Of a stretch of DNA of 32,884 nucleotides, positions 1 through 8,301 are shown in pieces. This DNA is from Alphaproteobacteria bacterium (GTDB lineage Bacteria > Pseudomonadota > Alphaproteobacteria > UBA6615). A program made the translations under genes and the position numbers. Where the stretch lies: NCBI GenBank assembly GCA_013003285.1, contig JABDJY010000506.1:1-32884 (forward strand). Direction: 5' to 3'. The notes below the pieces were generated by a model that made no database searches, was not told the DNA's origin, and saw only the letters and a list, made by a program, of their open reading frames with translations. Each line of letters starts with the position of its first letter. Within the stretch, counting starts at the first letter, position 1.

Positions 1-636
1 GCCTGAAATCGTGCCGCCAAAGGTCGTGATGTCGGCGTTGCCGCTATCGACCCGCAGCGTATCGGTATTACCACCACCATCGATATTGAGGTCGGCGGAG
101 TCCCAGACAAAGATATCGGCGCCACCGCCGCCAACGAGATCGTCGATACCGGCGCCACCATCAAGCAGGTCACCGCCACCGCCGCCACTGAGCGTATCGT
201 CACCCGCGCCGCCTTCCAGCGTGTCATCACCACCGAGACCGCTCAAATCATCGGCATCGTCGCCGCCCATGAGCGAATCGCTACCGCCGCCGCCGATAAT
301 CGTGTCATCACCGGCACCGCCATCGATGATATCGTCACCTCCATCGCCATCGATATCATTGGCATTGCCGTCACCGGTCAAAGTGTCGCCATTACCAGAG
401 CCAATGAGGTTTTCGATATCGGTGAGAGTGTCGCCCTGCGCATCACCGCCAACGCCAGTTCTGGTGGCCAAATTGACGTCTACAGCAGCACTCGAATTCA
501 AATAGCTGGCGGTGTCGGTGCCGGTCCCACCGTCGAGCACATCAGCACCTGCGAGCCCTTCGAGATCGTCGTTGCCGGCCAGACCGTTTATCGTTTCGTC
601 ACCTGCCGTGCCGGTCAATGTATTGTCGCCAGCGTA
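1..636 (-). CDS. RTX (hemolysin-type Ca-binding, GGxGxD nonapeptide) repeat block; 3' continuation of the adhesin gene. Partial (runs off the window start) and out of frame with ORF 615..2099
   Basis: Hand translation of the minus strand gives ...YAGDNTLTGTAGDETINGLAGNDDLEGLAGADVLDGGTGTDTASY...GSGNGDTLTGDGNANDIDGDGGDDIIDGGAGDDTIIGGGGSDSLMGGDDADDLSGLGGDDTLEGGAGDDTLSGGGGGDLLDGGAGIDDLVGGGGADIFVW... This frame is open from 693 to position 1. It is absent from the ORF track because it has no stop inside the window. The exact 5' boundary is undefined (see the frameshift finding). Confidence 0.8.
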
Positions 637-2099
637 CCGTTCAGGACGCTGCCGCTTACGGTGACATTCACAGTGGCTGTGTCGGTGCCGCCATTACCGT
701 CGTCGATAGTGTAGGTGAAGCTATCGGCGCCGACGTAGCTGGCGTTCGGCGTATAGGTCACCGTACCATCGCCATTATTCACCACGGTGCCATTGGTTCC
801 CTGGGTGATACCGGTAATCGTCAGTGTGTCGCCTTCCGGGTCGCTATCGTTGGTCAACACAGAAACGATAACGGCGGTATTAGCAGTAGTTGCGGGGGCG
901 TCATTCACCGCGATCGGGCCGTCGTTCACGGCCGTCACCGTGACGTTCACCGTTGCGGTGTCCGTGCCGCCGTTACCGTCATCGATGGTGTAGGTGAAGC
1001 TGTCGGCGCCGTTATAATCGGCGTTGGCGGTGTAGGTCACGGTGCCGTCGCCGTTATTGACGACCGACCCGTTGGCGCCCTGGGTTACCGCCGTAATCGT
1101 CAGCGGGTCGTTTTCAGGGTCGCTGTCGTTCGACAGAACGGAGACGATTACGGCGGTATCTTCGGCCGTCGTCGGGGCATCGTTGACGGCTGTGGGGGCA
1201 TTATTGGCGCCGCCGCCGGCAGGTGCTGGTTCCGGCTCAGGCTCGGGTTCAGGCGTGGGCTCCGGCGCCGGGCTGCTATCGTCTTCGCTCGAAGCCAAAA
1301 CGTCTTCGGCCGCATCACCGGCCAATTCCGGATCGGCATCGGCACTATCTCCCGTACCGTCGCCGTCGCCCGTTTCACTACCGTCGGCGTCGGTCGTCGC
1401 CTCGGCTTGCTCGGTCAGGGACTGGTCGTCAATGAATGAAAGATCGTCGTCGCTGGCAGATGGCACATTCGACGCCAGGACTTCCACACCGTCTGCATCG
1501 GCGTCGGCGTTACCATCGTCCGTATTGTTCGCCTCGACCGTGTCGTCATCCTGATTATCCGCGTCGGCATTAACCGTGTCGGCCTCATCGCTATCGCTGT
1601 CGCCTTCGTTAAAGCTCTGCAGCGCCAGCTGCACGACCTCTTGGATTGTCGGCAGCGTATCGCCGGCGAGGTTAAGACCCAGCAATTGGGCTAGTTCCAG
1701 ACCCGTCAGATCGACCGGCAGTTCTGCGACTTCAAGCACGGTGGGCAGCGCTTCGCCCGAAAGCTCGAGTCCAAGCACCTGTTCTAAGTCCAAATCGGTC
1801 AAATCGGCCGGCAGATCCGCGTTCGCGAGCACCGTTTCTAAGCCAGCCGGCGAATTGGCGGCGCGGTCCGGCTCATTCTCATCGTTAAGACGAAGACCTA
1901 GCAGATCTTCAAGATCGAGGACCGTCAGATCGGCTTTCAGGCTGTCTCCGGCGGCTGCAACGACCACGCCGGCGGGCGTTTCGGCGCTCTGATCGGCGCC
2001 GGCATCGCTTACGTCCAGCTCGACGCCTTTGGCGCCGATTACATCGGTCGTGGCCTCGCGGGTCGTCGGGGTGTCGTTAAAGTCCTGGGAAACGGCCAT
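615..2099 (-). CDS. Large acidic surface/adhesin protein, N-terminal part: three Leu-rich acidic repeats, a D/E-rich linker, a PEPEPE linker and two cadherin-like (VCBS/bacterial cadherin type) domains
   Basis: 494-aa ORF. Two copies of the ...VNDAP.T..DTAVIVSVL.NDSDPE.D.LTIT..TQG.NG.VVNNGDGTVTYT.NA.Y.GADSFTYTIDDGNGGTDTATVNVTV... signature, typical of cadherin-like domains in T1SS adhesins. No N-terminal signal peptide. Followed directly by RTX repeats in another frame. Confidence 0.85.
   Translation of the reverse strand: MAVSQDFNDTPTTREATTDVIGAKGVELDVSDAGADQSAETPAGVVVAAAGDSLKADLTVLDLEDLLGLRLNDENEPDRAANSPAGLETVLANADLPADLTDLDLEQVLGLELSGEALPTVLEVAELPVDLTGLELAQLLGLNLAGDTLPTIQEVVQLALQSFNEGDSDSDEADTVNADADNQDDDTVEANNTDDGNADADADGVEVLASNVPSASDDDLSFIDDQSLTEQAEATTDADGSETGDGDGTGDSADADPELAGDAAEDVLASSEDDSSPAPEPTPEPEPEPEPAPAGGGANNAPTAVNDAPTTAEDTAVIVSVLSNDSDPENDPLTITAVTQGANGSVVNNGDGTVTYTANADYNGADSFTYTIDDGNGGTDTATVNVTVTAVNDGPIAVNDAPATTANTAVIVSVLTNDSDPEGDTLTITGITQGTNGTVVNNGDGTVTYTPNASYVGADSFTYTIDDGNGGTDTATVNVTVSGSVLNGTLATIH
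654..1199 (-). repeat. Tandem duplication (2 x about 276 bp) encoding the two cadherin-like domains
   Basis: VNDAPTT at aa 306 and VNDAPAT at aa 398 give a period of 92 aa. The DNA copies are visibly similar (e.g. gtgccgccattaccgtcgtcgatagtgtaggtgaagctatcggcgcc versus gtgccgccgttaccgtcatcgatggtgtaggtgaagctgtcggcgcc). Confidence 0.85.
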
Positions 2100-2112
2100 A
2101 TTTCGGGCTTTC

Positions 2113-2320
2113 CTTATTGAACAATTGATGAGGACTTTAAGTAATATGAGTTAATAGAACGTAAATTATTCAATTAATAATGCAAAATGTGCCGTTTATA
2201 TTATAAAATTCGAATGAAGATAAAATTAAACCATAATAAAAAACAATTATTGTTTTATCTAAATACTTTAAATCGTTGAAATAAATTAAATTAATAATTT
2301 TATAAAATTCCAAACATTGC
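2113..2320. other. AT-rich island (about 19% G+C by hand count) forming the upstream/promoter region of the adhesin gene
   Basis: Hand count gives 40 G/C in 208 nt, against over 60% G+C in the flanks. It lies immediately 5' of the ATG at 2099 (minus strand). Confidence 0.9.
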
Positions 2321-2439
2321 GCCGCGCTGGAAATCCGGCGAAATTCCGCAACTCCCAAATTCATCCATCGCGCACCCTTGATCGCCGGTAGACGAACCCG
2401 CAAGCTGGGTGAAGACCATCAACGAAAGGAATTGCTGCC

Positions 2440-2850
2440 GTGAAAGACAGCTTGCGACCCGGCCTGGAGATAACCCAGCGGCTGACCGTCGATACCGACC
2501 GGACGATTGCCTTCATGGGCGACGATTTACGGGTCTATGCAACCCCGTCGATGGTCCTCGACATTGAGCGCACCTGCAAAAACCTGCTCGACGCGCATTT
2601 GGACGAGGGCGAGAACTCGGTCGGTGCGCGGGTCGAGATCGACCATTTGGGCGCGACCCTGATCGATATATGGGTCGATGTGCATGCCACAATCGTCGAG
2701 GTCGACCGCCGCCGCGTGCTGTTCGACGTCGAGGTGCACGACCAGCTCGGCGATAAGGTCGGCGCCTGCCGACACACCCGCTTTGTGGTGGATCTGGCCA
2801 AGCAAAAGGAACGCCTCGACGCCAAGCGCGCGCGCCTTGCCGAAAGTTGA
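2440..2850 (+). CDS. Hotdog-fold thioesterase, FlK (fluoroacetyl-CoA thioesterase)-like family
   Basis: 136 aa. The layout ...VYATPSMVLDIERTCKNLL..HLDEGENSVGARVEIDHLGATLIDIWVDVHATIVEVDRRRVLFDVEVHD... matches the FlK-type thioesterase pattern as I recall it. GTG start with GAAAGGA upstream. Confidence 0.7.
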   Translation: MKDSLRPGLEITQRLTVDTDRTIAFMGDDLRVYATPSMVLDIERTCKNLLDAHLDEGENSVGARVEIDHLGATLIDIWVDVHATIVEVDRRRVLFDVEVHDQLGDKVGACRHTRFVVDLAKQKERLDAKRARLAES

Positions 2851-2852
2851 CC

Positions 2853-3251
2853 ATGACGACGCCAGCTAGGTTTCTGTTCGCCGGCATTATGGCCTTGGTC
2901 GCGGCGATGACTGCGATGACGGCCACAGCGGCTACGGCGCAAAGCACGACCGCCTTCGACGGCCGTTATTTCGGCCAGCGCGAGCGGCTCGACCCGTTGA
3001 GTGGGAATCTATGTGCCCACGCCACGCTTCACTCGTTGGAAATCAAGGGCGGCCGCCTGCACGGCGATGGCGGCGATATTAAAGGCTGGATCAACGCCGG
3101 CGGATTTTTCACCGGCACCTTTATCGTGTTCGATCTGGTGCAGCCCTTCGAGGGCCGCATCCAAGACGGCATCCTGTTGGGTGGCCTGATCAGCCCCGAC
3201 AGCGCCTGCTTCTGGCTGGTGCGGATGATCCGCTTGGACGAGGCCGGCTAG
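2853..3251 (+). CDS. Small secreted hypothetical protein (signal peptide ...ATAATAQS)
   Basis: The ORF track starts at TTG 2847, but ATG 2853 just after the upstream stop (TGA 2848-2850) is the more likely start. Hydrophobic N-terminus with an AxA-type cleavage motif. High GC3. Confidence 0.6.
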   Translation: MTTPARFLFAGIMALVAAMTAMTATAATAQSTTAFDGRYFGQRERLDPLSGNLCAHATLHSLEIKGGRLHGDGGDIKGWINAGGFFTGTFIVFDLVQPFEGRIQDGILLGGLISPDSACFWLVRMIRLDEAG

Positions 3252-4477
3252 TCGGCCGCCGCGAAACCCTCATCGGCGCCTATGGCGCCATCGGCCTGCA
3301 GCGAATCGATCTCTTCCGGGGAAAATCCGAACTCGGCCAAGACTTCGCGGCTGTGCTGGCCGATCAGCGGCGCGCCGCGTTTAATTTCGGTCGAGGCGGC
3401 GGAGTATTTGACCGGATGGCCGATCGCGGCGAACTCGCCACCGGTGGCCGCCGGCACTTGCGCGATCATGCCGCGCGCCTTGGTGTGCGGGTCATTGACC
3501 ATCTCGGCGATGTCATAGACCGGACCGGCGGGCACCCCGGCGCCCTCCAGCACCTCCAGCCATTCAGCGGTTGTGCGTTGGGATAGGATTGCGTTCAGGG
3601 TCTCGACCAGCGCATCGAGATTGTCCATACGATCGATCGGCTGGGCGAACCGGGGGTCGTCGGCCAGTTCCGGCGCTTCGATGGCGTCGACAAACTTCAG
3701 CCATGTGTTCTGATTGGCGGCGCCGACAATGACCCAGGTGTCGCTGGTCTTGAACGCCTGATAGGGCGCCGATAGCGGATGGGCCGACCCCATGGCTTGC
3801 GGCACCTCCCCGGTCGCGCCGTGGATCGCGGTTTGCCAGAAGGTGTGGGCAATACCGGCTTCGTAGAGCGACGTATCCACATATTGGCCTTCGCCGGTGC
3901 GGCTGCGCTGTACCACGGCGCCGCAGATGCCCAGGGCGGCCAGCATGCCGGCGGTGATATCGGTGATCGGCGCCCCCACCTTGACCGGCGGGCGGCCCGG
4001 CCCCTCGCCGGTGATGCTCATGATGCCCGACATGGCCTGGGTGATCAGATCGAACCCGCCGCGCTCGGCATAGGGGCCGGTGCGGCCGAAGCCGGAAATC
4101 GAGCAATAGATCAACTTCGGGTTCGCCTTGTGCATCGCATCCCAGCCGATGCCGTAATGCTCCATCGCGCCCAGGCGGTAATTCTCGATAAACACGTCGG
4201 CTTGCTCGATCATGCGGCGCAGGGCGGCGCGGCCGCTATCGGTCTTCAGGTTCAGCCCCACGCCCCGCTTATTGCGGTTCATCATGGCGTAGGCGGCGGA
4301 ATCACCATCGACCGACTTGCCAAAGCGCCGCGTATCGTCGCCGGCCGGCAAGCGCTCGACCTTGATCACATCGGCGCCCATATCGGCCAGCAACTGCCCG
4401 CAGGTCGGCGCCGCCATAATATGGCTCAGCTCGACCACCTTGAGTCCATCCAACAGTGTTTCATTCTTGTCCGTCAT
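3248..4477 (-). CDS. Family III CoA-transferase (CaiB/BaiF family)
   Basis: ...LDGLKVVELSHIMAAPTCGQLLADMGADVIKVERLPAGDDTRR... is the canonical family III N-terminus. ATG at 4477 (GGAAG upstream) is preferred over the TTG at 4492 used by the track. Confidence 0.85.
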   Translation of the reverse strand: MTDKNETLLDGLKVVELSHIMAAPTCGQLLADMGADVIKVERLPAGDDTRRFGKSVDGDSAAYAMMNRNKRGVGLNLKTDSGRAALRRMIEQADVFIENYRLGAMEHYGIGWDAMHKANPKLIYCSISGFGRTGPYAERGGFDLITQAMSGIMSITGEGPGRPPVKVGAPITDITAGMLAALGICGAVVQRSRTGEGQYVDTSLYEAGIAHTFWQTAIHGATGEVPQAMGSAHPLSAPYQAFKTSDTWVIVGAANQNTWLKFVDAIEAPELADDPRFAQPIDRMDNLDALVETLNAILSQRTTAEWLEVLEGAGVPAGPVYDIAEMVNDPHTKARGMIAQVPAATGGEFAAIGHPVKYSAASTEIKRGAPLIGQHSREVLAEFGFSPEEIDSLQADGAIGADEGFAAAD

Positions 4478-4510
4478 ATCGATCTTCCGCAACTGTGGGT
4501 TTTTTTCTGG

Positions 4511-4612
4511 TCACCCCCACCCCGACCCTCCCCCATCAAGGGGGAAGGAGTAAAGGTAGCGGCCGACAATTATCCCCTCCCCCCTTGTGGGGGAGGGTTA
4601 GGGTGGGGGGTA
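4511..4612. repeat. REPIN-like composite palindromic element, divergent/permuted copy
   Basis: Hairpins ccctccccc-atcaa-gggggaagg (4526-4548) and ccctccccc-cttgt-gggggaggg (4575-4597) are enclosed by complementary arms cacccccacccc (4512-4523) and gggtggggggt (4601-4611). Confidence 0.8.
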
Positions 4613-4627
4613 TCTTTCGTTTTCGTC

Positions 4628-5434
4628 CTAACGTCCTTTGAAATCCGGTTTTTGCTTGGCCAGGAAGGCCTGATACCCAGTGTCGAAATCTTCGGTGTCG
4701 AAGCAGGCATAGCCGGCGGCCAGCTCGGCTTCGCTTAGCGGCGTGGCCTCGCGAGCGCCGGCCAGCACCCGGTCGGCGAACTGTTTGTGCCAGCGATTGA
4801 CCAGGGGCGCGCCGTCGGCAATGCGCTGCGCCGTGGCATAGGCTTCCGCCTCGACCTGATCGTCGGGTACCACCCGGTTGACCAGACCCTTATCCTTGGC
4901 TTCGGCGGCATCGAACACCCGCGCCTCGAACAGAATTTCCAGCGCCACCGAACGTCCCACCAGCCCCACCAGCGCTTCGATTTCGGGGTAGGCCATCACC
5001 AGACCCAGCCGGTTGATCGGCACGCCGAAGCGCGAGCCTTCGCCGCAGATGCGCATATCGCACATCAAGGCCAGCTCCAAAGCGCCGCCGACGCACAGGC
5101 CCTTGATCAGGGCGATCACCGGATGGCGGCAATCGCGGATGCCATGCATGGACCGGTGCATCAGCGCGCCATATTCCGCCGCCTGGGTGGAATTCGCCCG
5201 CTCGGTCTCGAATTCGGAGATATCGGCGCCCGGCCCCATGGCCTTGTCGCCGGCGCCACGCAGTACCACGCAGCGCACGCTCTCATCGCCATCGAGGTCG
5301 GCCATGACATCGCCGAGCCGCCGCCACATGGCCTTGTTCAGGGCGTTCAGTTTTTCCGGCCGGTTCAAGACGACGGTGACGATATCGCCCGCGCGTTCGA
5401 CCAGAACGACATTTTCATCGGCGGGTGCTGACAT
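4628..5434 (-). CDS. Enoyl-CoA hydratase/isomerase (crotonase) family protein
   Basis: ...VVLNRPEKLNALN...LRGAGDKAMGPGADISEF... ATG at 5434 is preceded by GGGAGG. The track's longer N-terminal extension to 5506 is unlikely. Confidence 0.85.
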   Translation of the reverse strand: MSAPADENVVLVERAGDIVTVVLNRPEKLNALNKAMWRRLGDVMADLDGDESVRCVVLRGAGDKAMGPGADISEFETERANSTQAAEYGALMHRSMHGIRDCRHPVIALIKGLCVGGALELALMCDMRICGEGSRFGVPINRLGLVMAYPEIEALVGLVGRSVALEILFEARVFDAAEAKDKGLVNRVVPDDQVEAEAYATAQRIADGAPLVNRWHKQFADRVLAGAREATPLSEAELAAGYACFDTEDFDTGYQAFLAKQKPDFKGR

Positions 5435-5567
5435 GGCTGCCTCCCTTTTTCGAAGTGCGGTATCCCCCCGCGCCTTCCCATGACCTAGTATAGTCGCGAC
5501 AAACAATAAGCGCGTGCCACCCTATGGTTGGCCGCAACCTATTCGGGGCCGAGAGAGGACACAAGAC

Positions 5568-6767
5568 ATGACGACGCGCATTCCCAACGATCCCATCGGC
5601 TGTTTGGTGCCCCATAATATCACCGAGCCCATCAAGGGCTCTGGCCAAGGCCCGCTTGCCGGCAAGACGCTGATCATCAAGGATCTCTACGACATCGCCG
5701 GCCGCAAGACCGGTAATGGCAACCCCGAATTTTACAAGGTGAGCGAACCGGCCACCCGGAACGCGGCGACGGTACAAAATCTGCTCGACGCCGGCGCCGA
5801 TATTGTCGGCATCGCCATCTGCGACGAGTTTTTCTATTCCCTCACCGGCGCCAACGCCCATTACGGCACGCCGCGCAATGCGCGCGCGCCCGGCCGCATG
5901 CCCGGCGGCTCGTCCTCAGGCTCGGCGGCGGCGGTGGCGGCCGAGCTCTGCGATATCGCCCTGGGCAGCGATACCGGCGGATCGGTGCGCATCCCCGCCT
6001 CGTTCTGCGGCCTGTACGGCCTGCGGCCGACCCATGGACGGGTCGATTTGACCGGTGGCCGGGCGATGGCGCCGAGTTACGATACCGCCGGCTGGTTCAC
6101 CAACGACGCCGAATTGTTCAAGACCGTTGGTGGCGTCGCGCTCGATAGCCAATCGGTGACAGGCGCGATCGACCGTCTGCTGATCGCCGAGGATTGTTTC
6201 GCCCAGGCCGATCCCGCCGTGGCGGTAGCGTTGCGCGCGGTGGTCGATGCCGCCGCCGACCTGCTGCCGCCCGCCGAGACGGTCACCGTGGCGCCCGACG
6301 GGCTGGCGTCCTGGTCCGACGCCTTCCGGGTGATCCAGGCCAGCGAGGTCAAGCTCACCAACCTGCCCTTCGTTGAGGAACATGATGCCGATCTCGGCCC
6401 CGGCATCAAAGATCGTTTCGCCATGGTCGCCGCGATGACCGACGAAGAAACCGCAGCGGCCCAGGCCGTGCGTGAAACCGTTCGCGCCCATATGCACGCG
6501 CTGGTTCCACCGGGCACCATAATTTGTCTACCGACCGCCCCGGTAATCGCGCCGAAGACCGATACACCACCCGACGGTTTGGAGTTTTTCCGCACCAATA
6601 CGCTCGCCCTGACCTGCATCTCGGGCCATTCCGGTCTGCCGCAACTAACGGTTCCGGCTGCCGAAGTGGACGGCTGCCCGGTCGGCCTGTCCTTCATCGG
6701 CTGGGCCGGTGGCGACGAAGCCCTACTCGATCTGGCGGTGAAGCTGGCGCCTTTCTGTACCCGCTGA
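5568..6767 (+). CDS. Amidase signature (AS) family amidase
   Basis: [12 protein letters not shown] motif and a downstream [12 protein letters not shown] motif. ATG 5568 is preceded by GAGAGGA. The track start at 5514 is likely too early. Confidence 0.85.
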   Translation: MTTRIPNDPIGCLVPHNITEPIKGSGQGPLAGKTLIIKDLYDIAGRKTGNGNPEFYKVSEPATRNAATVQNLLDAGADIVGIAICDEFFYSLTGANAHYGTPRNARAPGRMPGGSSSGSAAAVAAELCDIALGSDTGGSVRIPASFCGLYGLRPTHGRVDLTGGRAMAPSYDTAGWFTNDAELFKTVGGVALDSQSVTGAIDRLLIAEDCFAQADPAVAVALRAVVDAAADLLPPAETVTVAPDGLASWSDAFRVIQASEVKLTNLPFVEEHDADLGPGIKDRFAMVAAMTDEETAAAQAVRETVRAHMHALVPPGTIICLPTAPVIAPKTDTPPDGLEFFRTNTLALTCISGHSGLPQLTVPAAEVDGCPVGLSFIGWAGGDEALLDLAVKLAPFCTR

Positions 6768-6768
6768 C

Positions 6769-8256
6769 GTGGCGACGGGCCCGCATATCCTGGCCATCGA
6801 CCAGGGCACGACCAGCACACGGGCCATTCTGTTCGATCGCGCCGGCGCGCCGGTGGCGACCGCCCAGCGCGAGTTACGCCAGATCTACCCGCAATCGGGC
6901 TGGGTCGAGCACGATCCGGAAGAAATCTGGCAGGCAACACTGGAGACCTGCCGCCAGGTGCTCGCCACCGATGGATACGAAGTTGCCGGCATCGGCATCA
7001 CCAACCAGCGCGAAACCACGATCCTGTGGGACCGCGAAACCGGCGCGCCGATCCATAACGCCATCGTCTGGCAGGACCGCCGCACCGCCGAGGCCTGCCG
7101 CGCCGTCGCCGAGGCCGGCCACGCGCCCCTAATCGCCGAACGCACCGGGCTGGTGCCCAACCCGTATTTTTCCGCCAGCAAGCTGGCCTGGCTGCTCGAT
7201 AATATCGACGTCGCCCGCGCCCAGGCCGGGTCCGGCAAGCTGGCCTTCGGCACTATCGACAGTTTCCTGCTGTGGCGGCTCACCGGTGGGGCGGTGCACG
7301 CCACCGACGCCACCAACGCCAGCCGCACCGGCCTGTTCGATATTCACCGCCAGGTCTGGGACGATGATCTGCTGGAATTATGGCGCCTCCCCGCCGCGCT
7401 GCTGCCGGAGGTCCGCGACAGCACCGGCGATTTCGGTGAGACCGCACCAGACTTGTTCAACCACGCCATCCCCATCCGGGGCATCGCCGGCGACCAACAG
7501 GCCGCTTCAATCGGCCAGGCCTGTTTCACGCCGGGCATGGTCAAGAGCACCTACGGCACCGGCGCTTTCATGCTGTTGAATACCGGCGACCAGCCCGTGA
7601 CATCGGATAATCGGCTGCTGACGACCATCGCCTATCGGCTCGATGGGCAAACGAGCTACGCGCTGGAAGGCAGTATCTTTGTCGCCGGAGCCGCCGTGCA
7701 ATGGCTGCGCGACGGGCTGAAGATCATCGACGCCGCGCCTGACACCGAGGCCATGGCCGAGGGCCTCGCCTCCAATCGCGGGGTCTATATGGTCCCCGCC
7801 TTCACGGGTCTCGGCGCGCCCCACTGGGACCCGGAAGCGCGCGGCGCCCTGTTCGGCCTGACCCGCGATACCGGCACCGCCGAAATCGCCCGCGCCGCCC
7901 TGGAGGCGGTCGCCTACCAATCGCACGATTTACTCGACGCCATGGCCAGGGATCATGGCCAACCGATCCAAGCTATCCGAATCGATGGCGGCATGGCGGC
8001 CAATGACTGGCTGGGCCAGTTCCTCGCTGATATCCTCAACCTTCGTGCCGACCGGCCGGCGGTGATCGAAACCACCGCCCTGGGCGCCGCCTACCTGGCG
8101 GGTCTCGGTGCCGGGGTTTATGCCAATCTCGACGAGATCGCGGATCTGTGGCGGCATGAACGCAGCTTCGCGCCAGCAATGGACGACAATAGCCGCGCCG
8201 CCCTGCTTTCCGGCTGGCGCGACGCTATATCACGGCTCACCGGTCTTGCGCCGTGA
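6769..8256 (+). CDS. glpK: Glycerol kinase
   Basis: ...[41 protein letters not shown]...[29 protein letters not shown]... The GTG start lies 1 nt after the amidase stop. Confidence 0.95.
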   Translation: MATGPHILAIDQGTTSTRAILFDRAGAPVATAQRELRQIYPQSGWVEHDPEEIWQATLETCRQVLATDGYEVAGIGITNQRETTILWDRETGAPIHNAIVWQDRRTAEACRAVAEAGHAPLIAERTGLVPNPYFSASKLAWLLDNIDVARAQAGSGKLAFGTIDSFLLWRLTGGAVHATDATNASRTGLFDIHRQVWDDDLLELWRLPAALLPEVRDSTGDFGETAPDLFNHAIPIRGIAGDQQAASIGQACFTPGMVKSTYGTGAFMLLNTGDQPVTSDNRLLTTIAYRLDGQTSYALEGSIFVAGAAVQWLRDGLKIIDAAPDTEAMAEGLASNRGVYMVPAFTGLGAPHWDPEARGALFGLTRDTGTAEIARAALEAVAYQSHDLLDAMARDHGQPIQAIRIDGGMAANDWLGQFLADILNLRADRPAVIETTALGAAYLAGLGAGVYANLDEIADLWRHERSFAPAMDDNSRAALLSGWRDAISRLTGLAP

Positions 8257-8301
8257 GGTGATTGCGTTTCCAATAAGTCAAAATAATCGGGAGAGACGAT
8301 C

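Noticed and set aside
11-505. 164-aa plus-strand ORF, extremely Pro/Ser-rich (…PPPSSRSPPPPPLSVSSPAPPSS…)
   Set aside because: It is the antisense shadow of the GGxGxD RTX repeats on the minus strand. GGC/GAT-rich repeats read as P/S-rich on the opposite strand, and the RTX reading is far more convincing.
618-1992. Several plus-strand ORFs (618..1439, 787..993, 1042..1554, 1576..1992) and nested minus-strand ones
   Set aside because: All overlap the cadherin-like/acidic adhesin ORF. They have biased G/R/S/V composition typical of off-frame translation of GC-rich repetitive DNA.
2170-2403. 77-aa ORF inside the AT-rich island
   Set aside because: Ile/Asn/Phe/Tyr-rich composition simply reflects the AT-rich DNA. 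It has no RBS and no recognisable motif. It is better treated as promoter or silenced DNA.
3779-4738. 319-aa plus-strand ORF
   Set aside because: It is antisense to the well-supported CoA-transferase gene and reads straight through the palindromic repeat (…PPPRPSPIKGEGVKV…PLPPCGGGLGWGV…), so it is an artefact.
5435-5567. Track ORF starts at 5506 (crotonase) and 5514 (amidase), which would make the divergent genes nearly abut
   Set aside because: Internal ATGs with good Shine-Dalgarno sequences (5434 and 5568) give N-termini that match the family norms. The extensions are likely non-coding divergent promoter DNA.
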